NCBI GenBank assembly: GCA_951406725.2
Contig: OX597819.1
Location: forward strand, 116,994,001 to 117,058,000
Source of the DNA: Octopus vulgaris
Taxonomy: Eukaryota
Length of the DNA stretch: 64,000 nt
Direction: 5' to 3'
Both the position numbers and the translations under genes were made by a program. How positions within the stretch are numbered: position 1 is the stretch's first letter; each line of letters opens with the position of its first letter. Of the stretch, positions 52,920 through 64,000 are shown piece by piece. Below the pieces are notes generated by a model, which saw only the letters and a list, made by a program, of their open reading frames with translations, did no database searches and was not told the DNA's origin.

Positions 52920-53530
52920 GCCCTGATGCAGTACCAATGCCCTGATGCAGTACCAATGCCCTGATGCAGTACCAATGCCCTGATGCAGTACCAGGCAGTG
53001 GCTCTCATGGCTTCTGATCTTAACTGATTGGAAGTGTTATCATGTACATTGTTTCGTCTTGGTATAAAAGATGGGCTACAGCAAATATTCTGCTCAATAC
53101 CACAGATTTGCTTGTCAGTTGTTTGACCTTAACCAGTTGAGCATGTCCCTTAGTGGCTGACGATATGTGCATCTCTGATCACGAGCAGAAGTAGTGGGGG
53201 AGCATCATAGCCATGTGTTGAGAAGGATTCTTTGGGGTTTGAATAATTCACCTCTGGAAACATGGGTGTTTCGTTCAACGTCCTTAAACAAGCCTTATTC
53301 AGGGACCTTTTGAGCGGGATGGGTTACTCGATCTGAAGGAAATTCTAACTGGGCTCCACCTGCAAGGTCATGTGCTGTTTATCTTGATATGAGATCACCA
53401 TGTCGCGCACATATGGTTGTGATGCATGAGCCTGGTGTACCCTTATCAGACGGGTAGTCATGATGGGTATACTGGGCTTCGTATATTTTACCCCAGTGTC
53501 ACTTCGATGGCATGCTCTGCTCGCTCACTC
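52918..53530 (-). mobile_element. Interspersed retroposon-like repeat in (AAT)n with terminal 19-bp x4 reiteration
   Basis: Flanked by (AAT)n at 52858-52913 and 53531-53551. atgccctgatgcagtacca x4 at 52918-52993. Strand is inferred. Confidence 0.7.
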
Positions 53531-55531
53531 AATAATAATAATAATAATAATAGAAGTGAATATGTAAATAAGTGCAAGTCTGATGATTATTCTTCTATCT
53601 CGAAATCGATATCCATTAATTCTCTTTAATTGATAACATTTAATTGTACGCACTCTTTCTGTTTCTATTAGAGGAAATCGTAGACATATCCTACTGGACA
53701 CCTATCATCTATGAAGCATGTATGAGACATTCTAGGTAAAAAAAGATATATTACATTATATAATAATCTCAATAGAAAGTTACATCTTTGGGAAGCTGAC
53801 GGTTACTTCACGGGCTTCCAATAAATTTTCTTCTTAGCTAAAAACAACTTACGTTAAAATATCAACAAGATATCTTTGGCTATCCATTTCGTCGACTTAG
53901 GGACCATGGTTTTTCCAGATTCGGATATGGTAACATTCGATTATGTCATTTCCAAATTTGGCTTGAAATGTTTAAACTAAATGAAATTGGTCATTCGACT
54001 TTTAATATCTAATAATGGGCTAGCATGTGGTGAACATTTCTAGTTAGTATTTCATCAATATAATGAAATCCATGTATTAGGATTCGATCTACGTTATATA
54101 AAAAAAATACGATGTGGGTTCTTGTAGTCCGCTACAGTGCAAAGTGTAAAAAATTCTCATAGATTCAATGTGACGTAAAATATGCAACACAAGTGCTTAC
54201 AAATTAAGGGAATAAAATGACAAAATTCTTTTTTGTGTGTGTCCTACATATGTTTATATTGGTGTATATAAGCAAGTGTAAACTACTTTTGTCAAAGCTA
54301 TGAAATGCAAGGAGGAGAGAAAATATGCCATTCTACATCACATATTGCATGTATTTCCAGTATAATTGAAAGAGGAAGGAAGTGAATAACTGGATTGAAA
54401 GATAAATTATTAAAGGTGGGGACAATGATGATGATTTGGGGATGGAAATAAAAATGAGGTGTGGATGATGGCGATAAACATGATGATAAAGATGATGACA
54501 ATAACATCGTGGCTAGTAATATTGATTATAATAATGATAATGATGAAGAAATACGTCTACGAAGAAAAGGGATAGAAACAGGCTATTGGTAATAGAAAAA
54601 AAAGAGGAAATAAGGGGATACTATGGATGCAGAATTTTCAATGCAGTATATATTTATACATTTATATATGTATATAAGGTAAGTTTCTTCTCATAAAGAT
54701 ATCAAAAACGAGCTCTCCTTCGAAGCGGCATCTTTTGAATGAAATGAAAGAAATAAGAAAGAAAAGGAAATTAAAAGGAAAAGGGAAAATGGCAAAATGG
54801 AGAAAATAAGAAATACTCATGATATTGTTGGGCATTTATTGAGATTGAAATCGTTTCTAGATGTGTTATTTCTGTATTTTTTTCTTTGTATTAAATCGAA
54901 AATAACATTGTGAGACAGAAACAGAAAATGATATCACAAAGAACAAAAAATAGCACGAAGTGAAATTTATTACAAAGGGATTACATAAAAATAGTTGTAA
55001 TAATAACTCTGTGTATGAGTGTGTGTATGTGTGTCTGTGTATGAATGTGCTTGGGTTTGTCTATTAGCTTATTCTCACTCACACATGTAAACACACACAC
55101 ACATACACACACACAGACACACACATATGCGTACATGTATAGAGAAAAAAACAGTGGGAGAAGAAATATTTTTTTACCAGTGTTTGAGTTACTAATACTT
55201 TTTTCATGTTATATTAAGCTATTTTCGTCAGAGGCAAATATGATTTATGCGAAATATTTCAGACATCTATAATCTAATGCTATCATAAAATTACAAGTTT
55301 TCTTACGATACTATCGAAGCACAAATAAATATGTCCAAGTTTTACTCTCGTCAAAAAACGTAGAGCAGGACTCTCGAAAATATCTTGAATAAGATATATT
55401 AATATATAAATTGTTGTATGTATGTATATATGTATGTATATATTTATATATATATATATATATATATATGTATCTATTTATGTAAGTATATATATGTGTG
55501 TATATATATATATATGTATCTCCCACTCTCT

Positions 55532-55567
<36 letters not shown>

Positions 55568-56178
55568 CATACATATATACATACGTACACACGCACACAT
55601 GTATACAAGTCAGTGGACAAACAGAAGAAGAGAAATCAAGACATTTATAAAAGACATTACATGTATGTAACAAAAGACTTTGTTTCTTCAAATGATTCTG
55701 TGCTACTTACAGTTTCAAAGCTCGTGAAATATATCGGCGGGCACTGAAAATCATGATATATATGACGACTCATATATTAGGGCGTTGTACACAGGATCGC
55801 TTCATTGTGATTTCAATTACTTGTTCAATTACTTTGTGATGTGTTCTTGAGCGAAACTCTTCATCTCTCGTTGCTGTGCGCTCACTTCGAAACGATGTAC
55901 CTGTTCGGGCAACGTCGATTTTTTGATAGAGCGAGTACGATGCGAAAATGTATGGGATTATTTTAAGCAAATGATTTCTGTAAGTTGTTCAGCGAAAGCT
56001 CAATACACATATTTCGTCTTCGACGGGAGGGTCCGACGCGCGCGCACACACACACACACACATACAATTTAAACATAGGATAAAATCTTTAAGAATTTAT
56101 CATCAAGTAGTTAACGTGAAAAATATCATAAGGGAAACAATTATTAATTATTCCCTTTAAATACATTTATTTATATTG

Positions 56179-56310
56179 AGGACATTACTATACATAAATG
56201 TCTCACGCTAGGAGGGATGCTTAAAGTGAAAACAATGAAAATGTTTATTACGGTAGTTTTGACTTTAATAGTCCCTCCTAGCGTGAGGCATTTATGTATA
56301 GTAATGCCCT
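56179..56310. repeat. Inverted repeat with arms of about 55 bp next to (TA)n
   Basis: aggacattactatacataaatgtctcacgctaggaggga...aaagtgaaaac / gttttgacttt...tccctcctagcgtgaggcatttatgtatagtaatgccct. Confidence 0.85.
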
Positions 56311-56316
56311 TGCTAA

Positions 56317-56369
<53 letters not shown>

Positions 56370-56656
56370 TAACAATAAAGGGTGAAATTAATTAATTTGG
56401 AATAATTATTAATTACACCAAGTAGATTTCGGCATGTAAAAGCCTCATTCGAGGAAAATTTAAGTAATACTAAGCAATTAAGGGTTTAGCAACGAATTGC
56501 CTCACCACACACCGAATTTAGAAATACCAGTCAAAGAGATATAGCTATTCCTTCTGCTAAAAGGGAGATCTCAGTAAAAACACAGCACTTGAAAGGCAAA
56601 CACAGACAGGTAAGAAAGAATGAAATGACGGCAATCTATCATACAATTTTAAGTTA

Positions 56657-56748
56657 CCTACGGACGTACGTTTCGAAATCAAGTTTTAGGAAAGCATAAG
56701 AATTAGAAAATTCTACCTTACCCAAACTTCTTTTCTCATCGGCGTAGG
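56657..56748 (-). ncRNA. Type I hammerhead ribozyme motif (H5)
   Basis: Reverse complement of 56827-56915 with 3 extra nt in stem II. Confidence 0.78.
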
Positions 56749-56826
56749 ATACTACAAGTATGAATAATTGTATAATGCCTTCTAGTATCTCAAAATTTAA
56801 TATACAATTATTCATAATTGTAGTAT

Positions 56827-56915
56827 CCTACGCCGATGAGAAAAGTTTGGGTAAGGTAGAATTTTCTAATTCTTATGCTTTCCTAAAACTTGATTTCGAA
56901 ACGTACGTCCGTAGG
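56827..56915 (+). ncRNA. Type I hammerhead ribozyme motif (H5, U4C core)
   Basis: cctacg-CCGATGA-gaaa...tttc-GAAA-cgtacg-TC-cgtagg. Stem I is a perfect 6 bp, stem II is closed by gaaa/tttc, and stem III is the palindrome ACGTACGT. Predicted cleavage is after 56909. Confidence 0.8.
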
Positions 56916-57063
56916 TAACTTAAAATTGTATGATAGATTGCCGTCATTTCATCCTTTTACTGAGATCTCCCTTTTAGTAGAAGGAATAGCTATATCTCTT
57001 TGACTGCTATTTCTAAATTCGGTGTGTGGTGAGGCAATTCGTTGCTAAACCCTTAATTGCTTA

Positions 57064-57123
<60 letters not shown>

Positions 57124-57174
57124 TATTAAATTCCTAAATATCCCATAGAGATATTTTATATATATATATGTATA

Positions 57175-57630
57175 TTAATAGTAATGGTAAGACATCAAAA
57201 GAATGAAGAGACCTCGATATTATGTAAATAGAGGAATTTATTTTTAATATGATATGTGACAATTATCCGGTTGCCATGATAAAATTCCGAGTTTCGGATG
57301 CCGGGTCGGAAACCTGCAACGGTATCTCTTCAGTTATCGAGGCAATTAAAATAAGCTATGCAAATGGCCGTTAACCAAAGGGAAATAACTATGTAAATGG
57401 CCGTTATTAAGACCGCCAGGAGGAACAGTCTGCAATTAAAGTCTATGCAATCTTGAATACCACAAAGGATAAATACCTTTTCTAAACACCTGTCCTCTGT
57501 CGTTTCGAAGACAGGAATGCAAAAAGCACACTCCTCAAGTGTTATCATTAAAATGAATGGAATATAGCAGTAAAATCCCTTACAGTCTATTCTAAGATGC
57601 TCCATAGAAATTAAAATCATATATCTGAAT
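57175..57630 (-). mobile_element. Hammerhead-bearing element, family H7
   Basis: Starts after a TA-rich tract, shares its tail with 16885-16925, and contains the motif at 57278-57338. The right boundary is approximate. Confidence 0.55.
57278..57338 (-). ncRNA. Type I hammerhead motif, slightly degenerate (H7)
   Basis: Minus strand: gataa-CTGAAGA-gatacc...ggcatcc-GAAA-ctcggaa-TT-ttatc. Stem I is a perfect 5 bp. Confidence 0.65.
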
Positions 57631-60014
57631 ATATACAATGTATTCTAATTTTATTTACTTTTGTAATATATTATGTATGCTACGTTTTTCACTCATACAA
57701 TTAACGGTTATATTTCTTTGAAATGTTTATGATCATTCCGTATTAGGATTTGTTACTTTTATTAATTTTGTACTTTTTGACTCTTTGAGCTGTATTTGGC
57801 TTTGTCTTACCAAGTACATGGGACGTCATGAAAATTTCAGTAGATATATATAAAATAAATGGACAATATAGATCTTTAACAAATGATTTTTGATATTCTC
57901 CTGAACAACCATTTTAATTCCTGTATTTTATCTTACACGTAATGATGAATAGTGGCGCTGTGGTACTTTAAACAACTGTTCCGATCAGATGACACACTCA
58001 TCTCATAACAGTGGAAGAAACGCAATATAAGAAAGCATATTCACTCTAGGGATCTGGGGTTAATGAGACATAAATACGCGATTTAAGTGATACTGCTTAA
58101 TCATTTAATGTTTCAGTGCTTTGATATGTCTTTTTTTATAGAAATCGCATGAACAAACATACACACGTACAACACATGTATTTATACATATATTGATATT
58201 TGCTTTAGTTAGTTTGATTAATTGATATATTTTAATCTAACTTGCTAGTTACATGATATACTCACGTTTTCTACAACTATTCTGCCAGACTTCAGCTTCG
58301 TTGGTAGTTTTATACCATCATTATGACAAATAATGGCACTGCTAAAACTATATGAAATTTTGAAATACTATTAAGCGAAAGTGGTTTCAACTAGTTTCGA
58401 TATAACGATGGCGATTTCCATATATATCATGCAATTTTCTGAAGGTTCGTATGGAAAATTACATTTATATTATATACGATTCAACTACTTCACAATCTAC
58501 AATTCACTCCTCCAGTAATAGTGTGCATTCGTTACAACGCTCTTGTAATGGTTTCCATTATTCCAGTTCCGTGTGATTATTTGCTGAAGCATTTAAAAAA
58601 CAAAAATCTCAGTATTAGTATAGCAGATATTGTCCCAAGTTCTTTTATTCATTCTTCATGCATAATTTTGCTTCTAATTCACCGTTTTTACTTCTCTCGG
58701 AATTAACCATTTTTGTGCAATAGTCCATCACCGTATTCTGCAGAACATTGGCTATAATTTAGTAAAAGGTTTGCTTTGTTATCCTCAATAATGTTTACGT
58801 CAAACGTTACCTGCCTCCACTCATTATTCTAAAGTTGCCAAACTGATTGATACAAAGTTTATTTTTCCATAGTGCCTGTCAGGTATCCAACAAAATATGA
58901 TCTCCTGATTACGGTTTCTGACTCATTCTATACCTCTCATATATATGTCATAAATCAACAGAAATATCCAGACTTAAATCTTCAAAGCAATACAAGACAT
59001 AAATAGACTTACCTACTCACAAATAATTATTATGTAAAGGGAAGTTATTTGTGGTGATTTAATCCTGGAGTAAGAAATATATGTGGAAACATAAACTAGA
59101 TATTGATCGACTGCAGGCTATTATCTTTATCGATAAGACATCAAAATCTCAAATCATATGTATATATCTATATATATGTATATTATATGATACATACTGC
59201 TTGAAAAAATACAAGTCTACGTCTCAAAGTATGGTATAATGAAAATATATTATATCGGATTACACGTTATGTTTTTGATTTGATATTCCAATTTCAACAT
59301 GATTTCATAGATTTAAAGTTTTATGCCAGTTGTAAGTCTTTGATAAACGAACGGGAATGTAAATAACCTCTTTAATGAATTTGTATTTCTTCTTGTTACA
59401 AAAGCGTAGAAATTTGGCTTTGATATGAATTTCAGTAGTTGGAAACTTTTCCCTCTTATATTGCCAGTAATCACTAGGAGAGAAGTATTTCTTTGAATGT
59501 TACGTGAAGGGGAATATTACTTTCTCTTGTCAGGATTAAATAATCGTGTTTTACAAGAGCGATACCGGATCAATCAGTCCTGTTTTTGATCTTTTCAATA
59601 AGAGGAAACTGAAAAGTTTCTTCTAAAATTAAATAACAAATTTTATGACGACAGAACAGGGATTTTTCATATAGTCGGAAATCAGAGAACTTATAAAAAT
59701 AGGGGAGTGAATTCTATAGAATCAAAGATTTTGGTTCTGTAAGCGTAATATAATGTAATCTTTGTAACACTTTCATCTTGAACGATATTGGAACTTAGTT
59801 ATATCCCTTATATTACAACATACAGAATACAGTGAAGTTCTATAAAACTAAACATATCCTGCGAATAATGTATTTTGCTACTTGTCACTTTGATGTTGTA
59901 GAGGCCAAAATGTACTGCAGGAGAAATTAGTTCTGATCTTAGCGATTTATTTGTTTGAAACATGAGAAACTCTATTTTGTTGTTTTATATAATTTGAACA
60001 TATTGCGGTACACG

Positions 60015-60016
<2 letters not shown>

Positions 60017-60064
<48 letters not shown>

Positions 60065-60084
60065 ATATATATATACACACACAC

Positions 60085-60123
<39 letters not shown>

Positions 60124-60124
60124 T

Positions 60125-60179
<55 letters not shown>

Positions 60180-60292
60180 CTATATATGTGGGTGTGTGTA
60201 TATATATATACACACACATATATATGTATATACATATATATATATATATATATATCTATATATGTGTGTGTGTGTATATATATATATATATG

Positions 60293-60347
<55 letters not shown>

Positions 60348-60430
60348 GTATATATATATATGTATATGTGTATATATATTATATATATATAGAATATACG
60401 TATATATATATGTATACGTATATATATGTG

Positions 60431-60490
<60 letters not shown>
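60017..60490. repeat. Long compound (TA)n/(TG)n/(CA)n microsatellite
   Basis: Read directly from the sequence. Confidence 0.95.
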
Positions 60491-60491
<1 letters not shown>

Positions 60492-62625
60492 TCTATTTAG
60501 TCGTGTAAGAGAGAAAATAAAAATTTACTTTGCAAAAATCTAAAATAATGTAAAGCATGAAATGAAAACGATAAAGAACTTTAAGATTCATGCACTGAAA
60601 ATATAAATTAATTGAAGGTATTCCAGCTTAGCTTATCCATGAAACGCAAGGTTACCAACTGTGTTTTGTATTTTGTCACCAGTTATATATGGTGCTGTTA
60701 TTATTTTAGACAATTTGATACCAAAGAAGTGCCACAGTTAAGTAAAATAATGCATTGTAGTTAGCGGAAATGTACAGGAAACATTCGTTACGATATAACG
60801 CTGAAGTAATGTATGCTTGCGCATAAGTTACTCATTTCATGATCTACTATTATTGATCATGCTAAATTTCTTGTTGGAAAATACATTTCGCTGTTTGAGG
60901 CTCTGGATTTGAAGCAAAAGTTTCGGAGTAGATATTATGAGACGCAGCAACAGTTTATTAAAGACACAGAATGGTTAAGCTATTTATTTGTAAGTTGGGA
61001 ATGGAAGAAAACAAGAGCATTTGTTTCTCTAATATCGAAAGCTATTTCAGAATACATTCCATAGCATTTAAAAGTATATAGTGTATTGGAAATTTTCAAG
61101 AATGTCAGACATGGTGTGTTCATAGCATGGACTAATCTTATGAAATGTAAGATCCATTTACGAACGACGAGGTGGGAATATAACGTTACTTAGATGAAAC
61201 CGGAACAGTCTTTGAGGTTGAATCGGTATAACGCAACAACACAAATGTAGCAAGTGTGATAGAAGCGCATCATTCGAAGTAACGCCAGTAATTCTATCTG
61301 TTGTAATCATTGAGCGTGATTCAATACAAAATAACACTATTATTTCCTCTATTATATCCGGCTGTCAGAAAAATGACTTATAACATTGTATTTCTCAGTA
61401 TACAGTTAGGTTGTTCTCGAAAAGAAGCTAATCATATACAAGGCTAATTATTATTTTCTTATCTCTTTCGAAGATGTAATTTCGTTTATAATACATAATT
61501 CATGCGCTGTTCCTTTATTTTCTTTCCGACATAAAATGACATGTGGACTACCTATTATGTTGTTTAAATATGTTTTCTTTTTTTCGATTTATTTGCTAAG
61601 ATTTAATCAACTTTTTTTCCAGTATTGTAGCTGAAATGAAACTGAATGGCGAAGTATAATATCAATTTCTATATTGTTTGTTACCCAGTGTCATACAATT
61701 AAAAATATATATCAAAGTTTCATGCAAACGTCGAACACTGATAAAAACAATCTATTTTATATTTTAAGAGTATCATATAAAAAATTACGTGGCACACATT
61801 TATGTCAGCGAAAGTATTTTCTGAATTATTACGTGATAAATTGAATAATATAAAGGTATCTAATTTCGTCTGCAAACATTTTACAGAATAAGTATTTCAT
61901 AATGCATAGATTCGTTTCAATAATATTACTAACCGAGACTAATTAATCAGATTTATTTGTTTTTTCTCTCACTTCGATTACATTCTCGTTGTAATTCTAT
62001 TGGCTCAGGTTAAGTGCGATAATCATAATTTTCCTCTTGAGTATCCTTCGAGGAGATATGAGTTATCAGTGTAGCGATTAGAATTAAGGGTGCGGACATG
62101 ATCTGCTTTACAAATAGCACACTTCAATCCTGATTTTATTTCATCCATCGTGCGCAATAACCAGCGTACACTCAACAAATATTACGACAATTTTCTTTAT
62201 AATCTGCTATTTTCGTATACCCCTAGGTACTAGTTGTACATGAAGAGGGACTACTTAGTGTCCAAAAATTTAAGCTCTTAAGAGAGTTGGATGAACTTGC
62301 TTAAATCTGTAGAATTCATACTTAGTTGAGTTTATATTGTATTCATATTGCATATTGCATATTGTTTAGTTTATATTGTATTTATCGGATATCAGGTAGG
62401 GAACATTAGGTACGAAAGATGTTGTAATTGTTTTTGTTCCTTCTTTCCGACGACATAGTCAACCTAACCAAACGTTCTTGTAAATATTATGATGCATTCT
62501 ATTGGATTTATTCAAGAATATATCATTCAAAGTGTGAATCATTTTAAAGCTTAATCGAATGTGCTGTGAAAAGAAACTTTCACATATTCTTACCAGGTTG
62601 CAAAACCATATAATATGCTACCGAG

Positions 62626-63011
62626 TGGAGGCGCAATGGCCCAGTGGTTAGGGCAGCGGACTCGCGGTCATAGGATCACGGTTTCGATTCCCAGACCGGG
62701 CGTTGTGAGTGTTTATTGAGCGAAAACACCTAAAAGCTCCACGAGGCTCCGGCAGGGGATGGTGGTGATCCCTGCTGTACTCTTTCACCACAACTTTCTC
62801 TCACTCTTACTTCCTGTTTCTGTTGTACCTGTATTTCAAAGGGCCGGCCTTGTCACTCTCTGTTTCACGCTGAATATCCCCGAGAACTACGTTAAGGGTG
62901 CACGTGTCTGTGGAGTGCTCAATCAGTTACACGTTAATTTCACGAGCAGGCTGTTCCGTTGATTCGGATCAACCGGAACCCTCATCGTCGTAAACGACGG
63001 AGTGCTTCCAC
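62626..63011 (+). mobile_element. tRNA-derived SINE, family C, with TSD
   Basis: A box tggcccagtgg, B box ggtttcgattcc. TSD aatatgcta(c/t)cgag at 62612-62625 and 63012-63025. Confidence 0.93.
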
Positions 63012-64000
63012 AATATGCTATCGAGATTTTGCTCTATTTATAATTTAATCTGAATGGTTGTAGTGACAACTGTATTGGAGATTTGTTCAATAACATATTT
63101 AGATGAAATAGCATGCACGCTGAGAAGAGATTTGAACGATTCGTACCAGGCATTACTCCCGTAAATATACTTTCAGTTTTCTCTTAGACCTAAAATCTGC
63201 GCAGTTGTCTCTTATTTTCCTGTGTTCGTTGTCCGTTCAATAAAACTGTATATGCAATCTCACATATGGTTTAACAAATAAGGCAAATTTTCAAAACGTG
63301 CATATTCTGTTTCACACAGAATCTTACTATGTCCATAATGACGTAGCCAGCGAAATTGTGAAAACCACAACTGTACTCTCAATTTAAAAATAGAAATATC
63401 TCATGTATATTCTTCAATGTTCGATCCTATATTTTACAGACAACACTTAAAGCATACTTAAAACGTCAATTATTAGACCAAAAATAAGCTTTCACATAGC
63501 CCCTTTACGAATCCATCGTATTTACTGCAATATACTAAGGGCGTATTGTAAATCCTGTGTTGCTTTGAAAGAAACAAATATAGGAGAAACGTAATAAGTA
63601 ATTGACTGCCAAATTATTAGGACGTCGATGCGATTTAAAGTTGTAACCCGCTGTCTTGAAAAAGACTGGCGGTTTTCATCTGACAATGACTTTTATTTAG
63701 GTACTAACTTATTTTAAGCTGTCATCACACTGAATCACGATGCAGTCTATGTTATCTCAAGCATAAGACACATTTTAGGTCATTCTCTATAGCAACGTAC
63801 TAGTTTCGTTATTATAGTACAAATATGGAATATATGAGATGTATTATTTATGGTTTGAAAATTTATAGTGCATAATACATACTTTTGCAAATGTCGGTCA
63901 CTATTATAAAGGAAAGAGAAACCAAGCTACTAATTGCCACAGAGCTAGAATCATTCTCCCATGGGTTACTTAGTAACATCTTTTCTCTCAGAAGAAATGT

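Larger units (their letters stand above)
56367..57067. mobile_element. Fold-back element, family H5
   Basis: 56467-56774 is inverted to 56801-57067, with a 26-bp spacer. The left arm has about 35-40 extra bp and an extension of about 100 bp. (TA)n lies on both sides. Confidence 0.85.

Noticed and set aside
52918-52993. CRISPR-like array
   Set aside because: Contiguous repeats without spacers, in eukaryotic repeat context, with no cas genes.
54300-54690. Possible host exon ending at aag|gtaagt (about 54678)
   Set aside because: No open frame or matching acceptor site. Small host exons elsewhere in the window cannot be excluded without RNA-seq.
58300-59900. Possible very old LINE on the minus strand
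   Set aside because: No ordered RT or endonuclease motifs were recoverable.

Overview
AT-rich, microsatellite-dense animal genomic DNA. The SINE families and (TA)n density suggest a coleoid cephalopod such as Octopus (inference). No host gene can be supported. Almost all ORFs in the track are microsatellite translations or broken retroelement frames. The window is a mosaic of three tRNA-derived SINE families, CR1-like and RTE-like LINE fossils, a decayed Penelope-like element (RT plus GIY-YIG), a deleted mariner and a Helitron. The main hidden signal is a set of at least six apparently unrelated short non-coding elements sitting in (TA)n tracts. Most are built as fold-back inverted repeats with their 3' ends pointing outward, and each carries a type I hammerhead ribozyme motif (CUGANGA...GAAA...UH). 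About 11 motifs were found, with family-specific palindromic stem III and, in three families, unusually long stem II. These read as non-autonomous, ribozyme-bearing Penelope-like/retrozyme-like elements. All structures were derived by eye, and none was folded computationally or tested.
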